DNA of 64,000 nucleotides from Rotaria socialis (taxonomy: Eukaryota), in assembly GCA_905331295.1 (NCBI GenBank), contig CAJNYD010000054.1, positions 124,001 to 188,000 on the forward strand, read 5' to 3'. How positions within the stretch are numbered: position 1 is the first letter of the stretch; each line of letters begins with the position of its first letter. Below the pieces are notes generated by a model. That model was not told the origin of the DNA and did no database searches. It saw only the letters and a program-made list of their open reading frames with translations. Made by a program: the position numbers and the translations under genes. Positions 1 to 13,701 of this stretch are shown in pieces.

Positions 1-547
1 ATGAAAATATTTCCCTGACAATTTTTTTCATTACTGCATCTTCAATTATATTCATTGTTATTGTATTAAGTATTTTAACATTTATCGTTAATTATTGTTG
101 TACCCGTCCGACGAAAACATTGAAAACTCAGAAAAAAAACACTTGGAAAAATACTTCGCCAACAACACCTGATACTTGTTTAATTGATAATGAATATGTA
201 AGAAATATTTTATTGTGAAAACAAAAACCTTCATTATTATGATATTTCAGATGACAACAACAGTTACTTCATTACCTCGTACGTCAAGTCGTGAACAAAG
301 AATTTATCCAACATTTTCCTATGTTCATGTCAATAATGATGGTCAACACGAGAGAAGAATGCTGTCACATTCATCATTAGACAAAATCAATTTTCAATAT
401 TCATCAGATAAAATTTCCTATCGACAAGATTTAGAGCAACGTTTATCAATGACTGATATTAATAAATATTTAGAACGTTTTGAAAAACTCTATAACGATT
501 CATCCTCACAACAATATTTGCATCAGCCGATGGGATCTGTTGTATAA
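1..547 (+). CDS. 3' end of a single-pass membrane protein gene (TM helix plus cytoplasmic tail, possibly cadherin/protocadherin-like); partial
   Basis: The frame from position 3 reads ENISLTIFFITASSIIFIVIVLSILTFIVNYCC (TM segment). A GT-AG intron spans 198-250, and the last exon 251-547 ends ...GSVV* (PDZ-ligand-like). AATAAA lies at ~583. Confidence 0.6.
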
Positions 548-642
548 ACATTCATTTATTTTTCCTTTCGTGATTTTTTAGTTAATAAAAAAATATTTGA
601 GAGAATACATGTAGGTGTACAATTCGATGATTTTATAATACA

Positions 643-3245
643 TTATTTCTGCAAATAAAAGAAAAAAAAATATTATAATAGTTAGTTTTCTTAATCAAAA
701 AAGGCGAGTTCGAAGATGAGAAGGATCCGTCAAGAGATGGCTGAGTTATCGAAAAAATTGTCAGTATTGATCAGACCATCCCTGAGGCGGAGGGGGGTAC
801 AGGGATTTTTTCAAGAAAAACTTTTTCTTAGAATTATTCACAACATATATAAATCGACTCAGTTTTTGCCGTACACATGACAATCGAATGCGAATCCGAT
901 GTTTCCTCATTAACTTAAATTATTTTGTTAACTTGAAAGAAACTCTATTTAAGTGCAACTTATTACAATAATATGAAATATAATTTTCGATCACTTTCAG
1001 TTCTCAAGAGGTACTACGCGTTATTTGATACCACCAACTGGCTCCATTATTAAATAAAATTGCAAAAGCTCAATAAATAGCAATCATTGGTCGTTCTCAG
1101 AAATGTATAACCTTTTTCTTTCTGATGATTTACCTTCTTTTTTCCGCGTTTTCGTTTTTTCTTCATCTTCGCACTGAGTTTTAATATGTCAGCAAAAACA
1201 AATTGATCAATTTTTTCACTGACATTTATCTTAATCTTTTTCGATTTTCCTATAACAGAAGAGAAGTCATAGTTCGTTCGAAAAATTCAAATGGCACCCA
1301 TTAATATTTACTTTCTTTTCGACATTTTAATGCATCTAATATAATTCCTCCGCAAACATGTCCAATAACATTCTCATCGAGATCAAGTTCTTCCAATTCT
1401 TCAGAGATTTCAATTAATCTACAAAAAAAAATTATATTCGCTTAAACAAAGAAGAACAAATTTTAAAACCAACAAACCGAGCAAAAGCATCGACTGTTTT
1501 TTGAACAACAGCAAAACCATCAGGTTGTAAACAGTCAATTTCATTGTCAAACAAATGAATTTTCGTTACAAATGGACCACACGGTGGCATGTCATCAAGC
1601 GATAATTTCTTCTTCTTTTTCTTTTCTACATGAAATTTTATAAAAATTCTTAAGTTTCAAATCTGAAAACTTTTACTTCGTTTCTTCCGTTCTTTTTTCT
1701 CAGCGTCTGTTAATTCCGCTGGTAAACCTTGTTGTACTCGAAGTGCAGCTAAACATAATAGAACAACAAATAAGACTAACATTTAGCGTTCAAAACTAAA
1801 CCTTCTTGTATTTTTGATTCCATATCAGCTCGTAATTTTTCTTCTTTGTCAATATTATATTTTTCACAATCGATTAATAATAATTTTATTAAATCGTAAG
1901 CACCTTCGCATCCAAAATGATTACCATCAAGATATATTTCACTAAATAAAATCCTTCACATCGAGAGAAAAAAAGTAAGGAACTCATTTTTATTCATACG
2001 CTAAAGCAGTTTGTACTAGAAGTCGACCTAGTGGAGCTCCACAGACAGGACCAAGGTCACAATATGTTAGAGAAAGTCGCGTGATACATTGATTACCAAC
2101 CAAATTATTGCATAACAATAAACATCCTTCATCACCGAATCTAAACATAGATGTTTCGTAGTAAACCTTTCTAGTATAGAATTGATCAGACATGGACATG
2201 TCACGAAATTAATACTTGTAGCACATGTTTCCAGCAACATGGCATTCATCTAATGTTCTACTAGACTTACTTCTCAGATAGACGACTTAGTCATATTTAT
2301 ATATATATATATATATATATAGTGTCGTGCTAGGATGAAACTTTAACCCATGAAAAAAAAACTCATCTAGCTGAGAAACAATGATTATAGGTTGCCATTG
2401 GGATGTAACAAGGAGATTGAAACTTCAAATAAGGATTGTTTTATAACTTCTACATTTCTAATACAAAATAAATTTCAAACACCGACTTACTCATTGAAAT
2501 CAAGATTTACTATGCGAAGTGTCCGACATATATTAAATGATCTGAAGGAAAAAAATAATAAATACTATTGAAACAATCAAAACGCATACGCTGAAAGTCT
2601 GTATAGTGGATCTGGTTGAAGAAGACAATCATAAAGTGAAACAGTTTGAAGAACAGTTGTTTCCAGTTTTATATAGTTGCCCTGATAATTGTATCGCAGG
2701 AGTAACTTATTTTTATCCAAAAAAAAAATATTTCTTACAAGTTCAATGCAATCGAGTAAATCCATACAAATATTCCATACTGAGAATTCTTTTAGTGCAC
2801 TCAATCGACAAGTTAATAATGCACGTAGAAATGGTCGAACATAAGTTTGTATCTATTCGATAGAAATTCAAATACCCTTTTCCTATTCAGAATAATTTCA
2901 AATTACGAACAATTGGAGGTGGTTCTGTTGTCAATCCAATTTGATCTGCTCCTTCGGCGGGTTTCACTATTTTCGTCGGATTCGGTCGAAGAAATACCTG
3001 AAATATATATATATATATATGAATAAATATGCTGTCAAGTTCAATTAAATTGAACATTTCACTTTGGATAAACTATCGCCTTCTTCAAATAATGCTCGTA
3101 TTGTTTTCGTTACTTCAACACTCGGAATACTGCTCTGTTCAGTGCAGTATTGTTCATATAATCTTAAGAGGCGCTTCAATAATTGCACATTTAATTCAAT
3201 TAATGCAGCATCTTTTTTCTTTGATTTTTTCTTTCCTTTCGCCAT
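643..3245 (-). CDS. Multi-exon RI-like leucine-rich repeat protein with Lys-rich N- and C-termini
   Basis: Spliced reading gives MAKGKKKSKKK...LRIVNLDFNE/FGDEGCLLLC...LSLTYCDLGPVCG...IYLDGNHFGCEGA...LEELDLDENVIG (RI-like LRRs) with canonical GT-AG introns. The terminal 6-nt coding exon (AAA TAA, 648-643) is inferred. Confidence 0.75.
2271..2377. mobile_element. Small intronic MITE-like inverted repeat around an (AT)n tract
   Basis: ttctcagatagacgactt at the left matches the reverse complement of aactcatctagctgagaa at the right (15/18). It lies in an unusually long intron. Confidence 0.4.
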
Positions 3246-3835
3246 CAAATCACTGGCTATCTGCGAAAAACAAAAAAACAACAACACAAAAGCATAACAA
3301 TTGAATTTCTCTTGAATCATCCTTCAAAAATACATCGAATGCATGACTTCTAGATCGATATTTTCGATCAAGCCAAAGTTTTTCGCTACTAAAAACATTC
3401 GTTTGTACGAAATATAAGCAACAAATCTTTTAAAACGTACTTAACCATTTTTACTTTCTGTATCTATAGTAATACCTCTATCGATTGGATCACTTATGCA
3501 CTCTGAACAAGAAATAAAAACTGAAATTCGCTTTATATAATAATTATGAAAATTCTGATGATTTTTCTTAGTTTCCTTTTTTATATGAATGAAATTTAAT
3601 GACTTTCGTTTTTGGTACACTTCATTGACCGTATCATTTCGCGAGTCAAACCATTACAATACAATAAAGGTTATGAATCAATAAGTAAACAATCCAACAC
3701 CTGAAGGAATAAACTATGGATTTTTCGCTTGTTGAATTAAAAGAACGAATCAATAACCAAGGAAAAAAACAACGTATATTTTATAGAACATTTCTTTTCA
3801 TATTTAGATTTACTTGATTACCATTAAAAAGGACA

Positions 3836-5162
3836 ATGGGTTTCGGTGATCTTCAAACACGCGATGCTCTTCTGTTACTCAATACTTTTCTTGCTGATAA
3901 ATCCTATATTCAAGGGTTTGTCTTATACGTCGTTGCAGTACGTTTTATAAACTTGATTATCCCATAGCTACTATCCAACACAAGGAGACGTTGTAGTATT
4001 TGAAGCCGTTAAACAACCTCCATCTGGTGATCTTGAACATGCATTACGCTGGTACACGCATATCGCTTCATTTAGCGATGTTGAGAAACAAAAGTAATTT
4101 ACATCTAGTTTTTTTTTATGGGTTTTTCTAACATTTTTTATATTAGATTTCAAGGTGAAAGTCAATCAATTGAAAACTATGGCCAATATAGTCAAGTCAA
4201 ACATGAATTGAAGACACCTGCTGTTTCATCTGAAAAGAAACCTGCCGATCCCGATGATGATGTTGATTTATTTGGGGATGAAGATGAAGAAGAAAGTGAA
4301 CAAACGCGACAACGTTTAGCTGCTTATGCAGAAAAGAAATCTAAAAGTAAAAGGCAATCACACGGAAATTCCTATGTAACATATTTTTTGTTTTATATTT
4401 AAGAACCCGCAATTGTCGCGAAGAGTAGCATTGTTCTTGATGTATGAATTTGAAACATGAATTGAGTTGTTCATCGAATTATATTTGTTTTCGATAGATT
4501 AAACCATGGGATGATGAAACCAATATGCAAGAAATTGAAAATCATGTTCGTTCAATTGAATTAGATGGTTTACTTTGGGGTGTCTGTAAGTAATCAAATA
4601 AAAATAGCACTTAACGTTAATCAATAGAACAAATGAGATCTATTAATTTTTAATAATTCTTTCGGAAACCAAAAACATTTTGTGAAGAAAATGGGATGCC
4701 CTAAAGGTTCGAAAGACAGTAAAGTGCATATACATTAGATGCCTAAAAACAACCATTTAAGTCTATCTCTCAATGAATACTATTGATCATAGTATCATAC
4801 GTTTCTATTAAATGAGCTTCTCTGTAAAACATTTTTGATCAAATCAAGAACAATAGTCTTTGGATTTTACTCGTGCCAATTCATTCTATCTATTACCATT
4901 AAATTAAAACTATTTCGCTTGTAAATTTATTCGTTTCATCTATTTTTTTTCTCCATCTAGCTCAACTTGTACCACTTGCATTTACAATTAAAAAATTACA
5001 AATTACTTGTGTTGTTGAAGATGACAAAGTAAATTTTCTTTTATTTATCGATTCCTCTTTATGATTGTTTTCTAGGTCGGCACAGATATGATTGAAGAAC
5101 GTATTATGGAGCTAGCAGATCATGTTCAATCTGTTGATATTTTTTCATTTCGAAAGATTTAA
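3836..5162 (+). CDS. EEF1B: Translation elongation factor 1-beta (eEF1B-alpha)
   Basis: The spliced protein [27 protein letters not shown]...HALRWYTHI...[14 protein letters not shown]...[16 protein letters not shown]...[18 protein letters not shown]...[12 protein letters not shown] carries the hallmark EF1B motifs. Confidence 0.97.
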
Positions 5163-5331
5163 TCGTTTTTTTTTTCTATACAGTGTGACATTTTATTATT
5201 TTGAAACAAATTAATATCATTTTTTTTCTAATATTTTCTATACAGCGCGACTTTTTATTATCTCAAAAGAAATAACAATCAGTTTTTTCTCCACAGCTGT
5301 GATACGTGATTGAGTTTCTTTTTCTTTCCAG

Positions 5332-8069
5332 ATGGCTGCTGCAATTGAAACAAAACTTTATGTAACAAATTTTCCAAGTTCAGCTACTCGACAACAGTTG
5401 CAACAATTTTTTTCACGTTTTGGCCGTGTACAAGAATGTGCAAGTAAGTTGACAATACTATTTTTTTGATTTTGCAGAAATTTAATACCGAAATGTTTCA
5501 GTTATGTGGAATTCATATGCATTTGTTCATTATGCGACGATGGACGAAGGTAAAATTGTAATTTTTGAAAATGAAAAGTAGGAGTTTCGTTGGAATTTTT
5601 AGCTCGCCGTGCACTTGATCAATCGAATGGTGCCATGTTTCTTAATCGAAAACTTATTGTTCAATTATCGACATCACGTTTTCGACCGCAACCTAAAGAA
5701 GCAGGCACTTCGATAGCACAACCACCGAAACAATTAATGGTTATGACTAATCCATCATCATCGATGAATTATCATAATTTTACCAATGGAAATAATAATG
5801 GAGGAGGATCAACGATAAAAAGCCAACAGCAGCAGCAGCAGTCAAACACACTCACACAACAATATCCGAATGGTAAGTCACGTATCTGTTGACTGCAGAC
5901 AGGCAATATCTACATGAAACGATTGAAATCAATGCGGGCTTGACAAGCGAACTTAATTGAATCTCTTCTTAGCGTCGTAGAATAATGTGAGACGAAATGA
6001 TATCGATAGTTAGATATGTTTGTTACCTGGCAGATAGGACTAATGAGAAAAACATGCGTATTATGTAAATTTGGTTGGGGCCCCACAGAGCTACTTAGAC
6101 ACATTGCTGATTTCTACGAGAAGCAAACCTTGAGAAGAGTGTCATACTATTTTTTCTGTTTCTGCCCTTAATAGGAACATTAAGTTTGCAGATATGTATA
6201 AACGATATAACAGAGGCACTTATTTGTTTGATCATGTCAATGCGTTAAGATGAAAAAGAATTTTAAATTTCACAATAGTTTAAATAATCCGTGCTAAAAA
6301 AGCTTTTTCGTCACAATTCTATTGTATATAAATATTTAATGTCACCCATTTAATTATATGTCAAGTGAAAATTGTCAAGTAACATTTCCGCTTTATTTCA
6401 GAACTCAATTACGATATGTTAACAAGTTACCATACGCAAAATCAATTACCATGTCCATCATCTCTACAAGATGGACATAATTTCTTTCCTAATACGTATC
6501 GTCCTCCATCACCTTTCTATTTATCTCAAGAGCTCAACAATGGCTATTATCCACAATATGCAAATTTACCTGTCGACAGAATGACGCCTTCACCATTATC
6601 GCTTCAAGTCAATAAAATTAATAATATGAAACCAAATAAAACAATCAAAACAAGTATTTTAAAAAACGTAAATTATCTATCTAATCTTATCTTGTTTAGA
6701 TGTTGGTACAAATGGTGAAATTCCGAAATTATATTGTACGAATTTACCCGAGAATTGTAAAGTGAATGATTTGCAACGGTTGTTTTCGCCATTTGGTCAT
6801 GTGGTTGATTGTGTCATTCTATGGGATTATTATGCATTCGTTACATTTAAAACATTTCCTGAAGCAGAACATGCTTTACATACACTTCATGGTTATACAT
6901 GGAACGATCGACGTCTTATTGTTGAATGGTCACGTGCATCGGGAAAGCGACAACAACAAACATCGCCATCACCAGCAACACCGAAACTTTGTTCATTTAA
7001 TTGTGTGTATAATAAAATCTTAGGTGAAAAAACTAATTTCAATTGTCTTATCTTTCTAGCGGAAATTTCAACACCAGATTCACCTCGTACACGCCCGTCA
7101 ACATTATTATCTCATCAACCTGCGTCTAATGAACAATTTTATGGAAATAACTCACCGAAAGTTCTTTCACCACTTAAATCTCAATCACCACGTCATACGT
7201 TCAATCAAAATCTTGCTATGATGTCAATAATTCAGCAGCAGCAGCAACAACAACAACAACAGCAACCAGTTTTTCATCATTCATCAATGCCATATGGAAC
7301 ATTTTCAAATAGAAATAGTTTAGAAACATTAAACAATGAAAATCAGCCGATATTTGATAGGTAAGATTCTGTGTTTTGAAATTTTTACTGCAGACAGCGA
7401 AACTTCCAGCATTCAATAGTTACTCATTTTCCTCTGAAATATGAATGAATTTTATGAAGAAGCTCCAATCCAAGTTTTTTTTTCACTCTTTTTGACGTTC
7501 TATCGTACCAGCATGCTGAAAATCAAACATCTGCTGAGAATAATATTTATTTTTATTATTCTAGTTTAACAAATTCATCATCACCACATCATCTAAATCT
7601 ATCACCATTTATTGAACGTAATGCACCGAATTCAAATACACTTTTTCCGTCGCCAACTGAAATGGCAACACCATCATCACCTGTTTCACTAACAAATGTT
7701 TATCAACCATCGGATATTGTTGCTCTACTTGAACCATCATCATCATCTGACGTATCGGCTAATATAAAACCGAAAGAAAATTCAATTGTTAACGATATAA
7801 CCAATATTTTATCACCAACAATAACAAATGTTCAATCATCATGTTCATCAAGAGTCGCTGCAACTGCTAATTTATTTCAGGAAAATCTCTTATCATCATT
7901 GTTTGGTTCATTTGAACCGTTCAGTAAATTATTTCCGATTGATGATCAACCACCATCAAGCTCAACTTCACGTTATAATCATCTATTACCAGCATCACCA
8001 TTGCTAACAACAGCACCTGACAATAGTCATTATCCAATCTACTATGGTCATAATACTTCTTGGGATTAG
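5332..8069 (+). CDS. Two-RRM RNA-binding protein (RBM4/lark-like RRMs) with Q/S/P-rich low-complexity regions
   Basis: RRM1 reads KLYVTNFP...FGRVQECAIMWNSYAFVHY...LIVQLS and RRM2 reads KLYCTNLP...FGHVVDCVILWDYYAFVTF...LIVEWS. There are polyQ tracts and about 7 exons with GT-AG introns. Confidence 0.85.
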
Positions 8070-10686
8070 ATACAAAAAGATTAAATAAAACGAATTTCTT
8101 CTTCTTCTTCTTTTCTTTTTCTTTCACCGGTGTGTATGTTTGCGTATTCATTCATTCTGGGTTTTTCTGTTGTTACATTTCACGCAAAAAAAACTATCTA
8201 GACTCTCGCGCTTTGTTTTTCTTTTTTCTAGTCGCACTTTTTCTGTATGTCTTTGTCGGCCATTTTCCTTTCTTTTTTTTTCCCCGTTGTTGTTGCTGTT
8301 GTCTATTCGCGCGATCAATATGTAGTTCATTTTGTTTTTTTTTTGATTATTATTTCGACTTATGGGATATCTTAGGAAGAAAAACACGTATTACTTTGCT
8401 GTAGTTTAGTTTTGTGTGTTTAAAAAACAAACTTATTCGTTTTTTTTTGTCTCAGGTTCTTTTTTTGTTTAAAAAAAAATTAGGTAGGTACTTACCATGA
8501 CTTTATCTCGTACTCCGGTCTCGCATTGTAATACATCTATGTATCTGTGTTTTCTTTTTTCGAGCAAGATTAATGTTATCCTTGCGCGATCGATTTTCGT
8601 GTTCTTCTTTAGTATTTCAAACAGCACACTCCTATTTGAACAGTCTTCTCATTTATTAACTCTCATTGATTGTGTAGGAAAACCGAGCCTGTTAACTTTT
8701 GTTGGTTTTTGTTTTTCTCGTCACATTTCGTATGTGAAATGGATGAGCTCTTGTTGTTGGTTATTTGGTTTTTGTGTGTAGATGTTTTTGCTGCTTTTCC
8801 GTTTTTTGCCTTCTCGCTCTCGTTCTTTTTTATTTCTTCGCGCAAACTACTATACAAGCAGGTTAAACACGGTCTCTTGTTTGTTTCTTTGTTATTGTTT
8901 TTTTTTCATCATTATTTTTCTATAACTTCTCTCTGTGGATTTCAACCAGGAATTATTGTGTTGAACATGTTGACAATTGTACTCCAGTAAGGAGATAAAC
9001 ATAACGAAACAAAAAAGAAAGGAGAACTTTAAAGCATAAACAAACTTTATTGAATTGATCAACCGTGTCGTTTCTTCTTCTTTTTTGAATAAAACAACAA
9101 AACACGAAATTAACGAAATGAAAAAAAAATATGCATGATTTTTGGCATCATTGAATTAGGGCCAACGAAAACATATTTACCAACGGAATCATCTTATCGG
9201 TTGTTTGCTTTTATAATAACTCGTGATCACCTCGAGTGAGACTTCAGTTTTTTTTTTCATTGAGCTCATTCTTTGTGTGTCTGAAGTGTGCTCTTTTCGT
9301 ACGAGCACGATCATATTTATTTCGGTATTACAATATACATCCAAGAAAGCGAGAAATCAGACTAATCCTTTTCATTGACTGCAAACATGTAAAAGAAGTT
9401 ATAAGTCAGTTCGAAGCATTCAGTTAACTATTACGACTTTTGATATCAGACATGATGCATACGTCTACAATCCGAATTTTGTTGTTGTGATTTTCAAAGT
9501 CGATAATCAAGTAACGCACATACAAAAAAAAGCAATGATAACTCCAATCGATTGAAAGATGATTATTGACTCTTTTTTTTGATACAGTTAAAAAAGAACA
9601 ATACAAGAATATAACTGATAGAAAGAAATCGTTCCTATTGGATCAACAGAGATTATATGATACATGATACGAATACTTACTAGGAATAAAAGAGTACACA
9701 AGAGTCTTTAGTTTTCTTTTTTGCAAAATAATCCTTTCAATGATATTGTGATTACGAACGGAGACCTCACGAATGTTCGATTTTTCTTTATGTAACGTGA
9801 CACATAACTTTTGATTTGGATAAAATTATTATGCTGAAATAAACATTATTATCATTTTCGTTTGCATTGATAGATGATGGTAAAAATATTTTTATTGCAC
9901 ATTTTTTGTTGTGACCAAAAGTGACAAAAATAGTATAGTGGTAAACATTTGTATACTAGTTTACAAGTTTAAATGGCTGTTACTATTACATCACATTAAA
10001 CCCACAGGCTAGAATAACAATATGTTTCAATCAACTATAAAAACAGTATCTTCCTGTGAGATAACAATAGAATAAAAACTCATTCTACTACATAATCATT
10101 TACAGATCTCACACACATACTGGTGTTAAACGATAAGAACATTTATTCTGGCAGAGTGAAAAGGTTGAATTTTGTCATTTTGAACGTACAGCTAGCGCCT
10201 TCTATTTTTATTCAATCAATTCTTATTGGACATTGAAAATTTTTTTTCTTAAAAAAAAGAACGGTGCTCATAAAATGAATCATCCTATCATTGAAGTGCA
10301 CACTTCAGTTTACCTGCTTCGTTTGCATACAGTTCAATTTCTTTGTCTTGAATATTTTATGAAATCAATTTGCTTATTGATACTTTTCTTCTTTACCTGT
10401 TTTTCTTTTATCTTGTTAATATTTTGAGAAAAACATAATTCCAATACATGTTTACATACCATTTATCCTCGGTTTAACAACTTGTATGTGCGTTCGTGCA
10501 ACGATGCTTACAAAAGAATCTCTATGAATACTCGACACTATATTTTTTTGTATTCATCATTAACAGGTTATTACACAACAGACGAACATCTATTCTAACG
10601 TTATGTTTGTCAATTAGTTCGAGACGTGATTTTTTTCTTCTTTATCGTCCATTGAAGAAAGGGCTCGGACTCAACAGAGGGAAATA

Positions 10687-10710
10687 GAGAGAGAGAGAGA
10701 GAGAGAGAGA
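10687..10710 (+). repeat. (GA)n microsatellite at the likely promoter/5'UTR of the CLIC gene
   Basis: The GA run is followed by a strong donor cag|gtaagt (~10884) and an acceptor ttctag (~11056) upstream of the ATG. Confidence 0.6.
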
Positions 10711-11077
10711 AAAAGAGAAAGAATGAAGAAACGTGTTGTAATAGTTAGTCGATCTTTAAAAACAATATAGATAGAAAAAAATTCAAAAGCAAACACTTTT
10801 TTTTGTTGTTTTTGCACCCTATAGAATATATATATATATTCTTTTTTTACTTGATGGAGTAATGATATAGTGGCATTCGACAGGTAAGTTATTGTTGTTG
10901 AGCAATACAAGTAAAGAGAATAATCCGTCTGTGCAGTCGATATTTACTGTCTACCTTTTTGCTCTTTATTTACGGATTTATCTTTGGTGAATGTCTTTTC
11001 ATTTGTCTGATCAAAGAAAGAAGAAAAAAACCAATAGCTTGGCTATCATTTTCTAGATCAGGTATTTTTCATCATTA

Positions 11078-11967
11078 ATGGAATCAATCAATCCGCATGT
11101 ACCGTCCGTGGCATTATTTGTCACTGTAAGTTTATTGTTTGACTTTTTTTGTCGTTAAAAAAAAACTCTTGTAATTATTTCGTTTTTAAAGCGATCTGAA
11201 ATTGATTTTTCTCATCGTTCGCCGAATCCAATATGTCAACGATGGTTTATGGTTTTATATCTGAAATCTGAAGCTAAAGAACTTGCATTAACAGTAAATA
11301 ATTATTCTCTATTAAATAAAAAAAATGATCGCTCGTATATTTTCAGGTTTATCCTGTCAATATGAAAAATCCTGAACAAGAATTTAAAAAAGCATACAAT
11401 TCGAATCCACCTGTTGTTGTATTTCATGAAACAACTGATAAAACATCTCAAGTTGTTCTAACTGATAATCGTGATATTGAAGCTGAAATCAGCAAACGTT
11501 TTCCAGTTATGAATATGAATTCTTTAAAAGAAGCTGAAGATGTTTGTTCAAATGTTTACATTAAATTTCATCCATATTTAAAATCATCAACAGGTGATCT
11601 ACACGAACCAATGAAATTACGGACATTGTTAACCGAATTAAAACGCATTAATGATTATCTTGAAGAAACAGGAACAAAATTTTTATCGGGAAACGAAATG
11701 ACATTTATCGATTGTGACATTATGCCTAAATTACAACATATACGTGTTGCAGGAAAATATTTTAAAAATTTAGATATACCAAATGAATATCATGCTTTAT
11801 GGGCATACATGGAACGTTGTTATCAAACAAAAGCATTTCAAGAATCATGTCCGTTTGATCAAGATATATTAATGCATTATGAAGGAAAAGTTGATTCTCA
11901 TAATAAACCGTTTGGTAAAACACCAACATTACAACAGCCAACAATGACATTAACTATACCAGAATGA
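11078..11967 (+). CDS. CLIC: Chloride intracellular channel (CLIC / EXC-4-like GST-fold protein)
   Basis: Three exons. Motifs PICQRWFMVLYLK, NPPVVVF, FLSGNEMTFIDCDIMPKLQHIRVAGKYFKNLDIP and FQESCPFDQDI are typical of CLICs. Confidence 0.92.
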
Positions 11968-13701
11968 ATTTAAGACTAAATAAATTTAATATATATATAT
12001 ACATATAGTTAGATAGATATTCAAAATTCGAATGACTTTTGTGTGCAGGTTGTTTCGCATGTTGAATGAACAACTTGTTTTTTGTTTTCTTTGGCTGTGG
12101 CGCTCGTATGTCAATCTCATATTTTGCTGGTTTGTTAAATCATGTTTCTCTCTCTCTCCCTCTGTGGTGTATTGTCAACTTTTTATTTGTCTAACGAACT
12201 CAAAACGATTGATCTTTTTCTCAGACAAATTAAAATAAAGCATTCATTCTGTTTTGTTTTTTATTTTACATGTTGACATTTTAAATAGAGAAGATATAAA
12301 AAAGTCAACTCGTTCGACAATATTTATCTAGCGATGAATTTTAAAACATAAGGAATATTTGTATAATTTAGAAGTCAATCAAATCATGTAGAAACAATGT
12401 AGTTTACATCCAATATTGAAGTCTTGTATTTTGAAATTGAATTATGTGAAGATAATTTGACTCTGGCGAAGCAATATAATAGTGTCGCTATGAATATTTT
12501 ATTTTGACCTTGTATAATTTTTGTATACAAGAATATTCTAGAGGGACTTTCGGTTCCGGAATGAAAATTTTGACTGAAACCAAAATAGATCCGATCGAAT
12601 TTGTAGATTTATTCTAATTATATACTGTGAAGCACTATTAAAGATCCGAGCTTTGGTTTTTCTTGTTAGACTTTCATAAATAAAATCTTGAAAGTGCATA
12701 GTCAATAGAATGGTCTGTTATATTTTTAAATCGAAGATGATACAAGTACCACCAACAACGATGATTCTATGTGAAGTATGTCGGAGGAAGAAATTATCTG
12801 TAATGTTGAAGTTTCATTCAAATCGAGCTGTTTCATCTCATTAAATAATGATTTACTTGAATGATTTCACCTATTGTCGAGAACAATTGCAATTTTATTG
12901 ACCTAACTACTATTTAGCTATGATATAATGAGTATAATTAGTTTCTTTACCCTAGTGATATGCGAGTACCAGCAGTGAATAACACAAACACAAAATTGTT
13001 GCATTTTGATTTTGCTTGGTTGATTGAACAACATCTTACTCCCCATGGCATTTCATGGTAAGCTTATTGAGAATAAAAGAAGTTTATCTATGCTTAAAAT
13101 GAGCGTTTTTTCTATGGTGATTCAAAGAAAAGCTTAAAGTCATAAGTATTTCTATTTAGTTCAAGAATATAAAATAGCGAAGTAGTCACTATAGTTCTAT
13201 TATAAATATACAAAAAGATAAACTTATCAAGGTGATCCATTGCTTATACCTATTGTTAAATATAAAATCCATTATCACATTGAATGGGTTCTTTTCTGGA
13301 AAACAAATACATAGGGGCTCTCAAATAGCGATATAAGTCAACAAATGACTAGTTCAAAACTTGTCTAATGGAAGCCTCGGGTAGTCAAACATGTTACAAG
13401 AAGTGTTCTAACGGAGGTAAATAAAGATTAGTTACTCTCGTTGGAGAGGATGCTAAAAGTGAGCATAGTTCCATAATGGATGATTACTGTCAATGTCAGT
13501 AATGCTCAAAGCAATAGTTTCTTGTCTAGTGAACACATTAGTCAATGTGAAGAATCAATCATACTTGATTGACTACTCTAATGATCTGCATATGCGTAAT
13601 TATGAAAGATCTTTACGTAAAACGAAGAAGAAGGAAAAACGAGAAGACTTTTTTTTCTTCTATTATTAATAAAATCTTTCTTGCATGACAATAAAATAAG
13701 T

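Noticed and set aside
4586..4960. Intronic snoRNA in the long EF1B intron (EF1B genes host snoRNAs in vertebrates)
   Set aside because: I could not identify a convincing C/D or H/ACA box arrangement by eye.
7921..10910. Numerous short Phe/Lys-rich ORFs in the ORF track
   Set aside because: They are translations of U-rich UTR and intergenic sequence, with no domain signal or splice structure.
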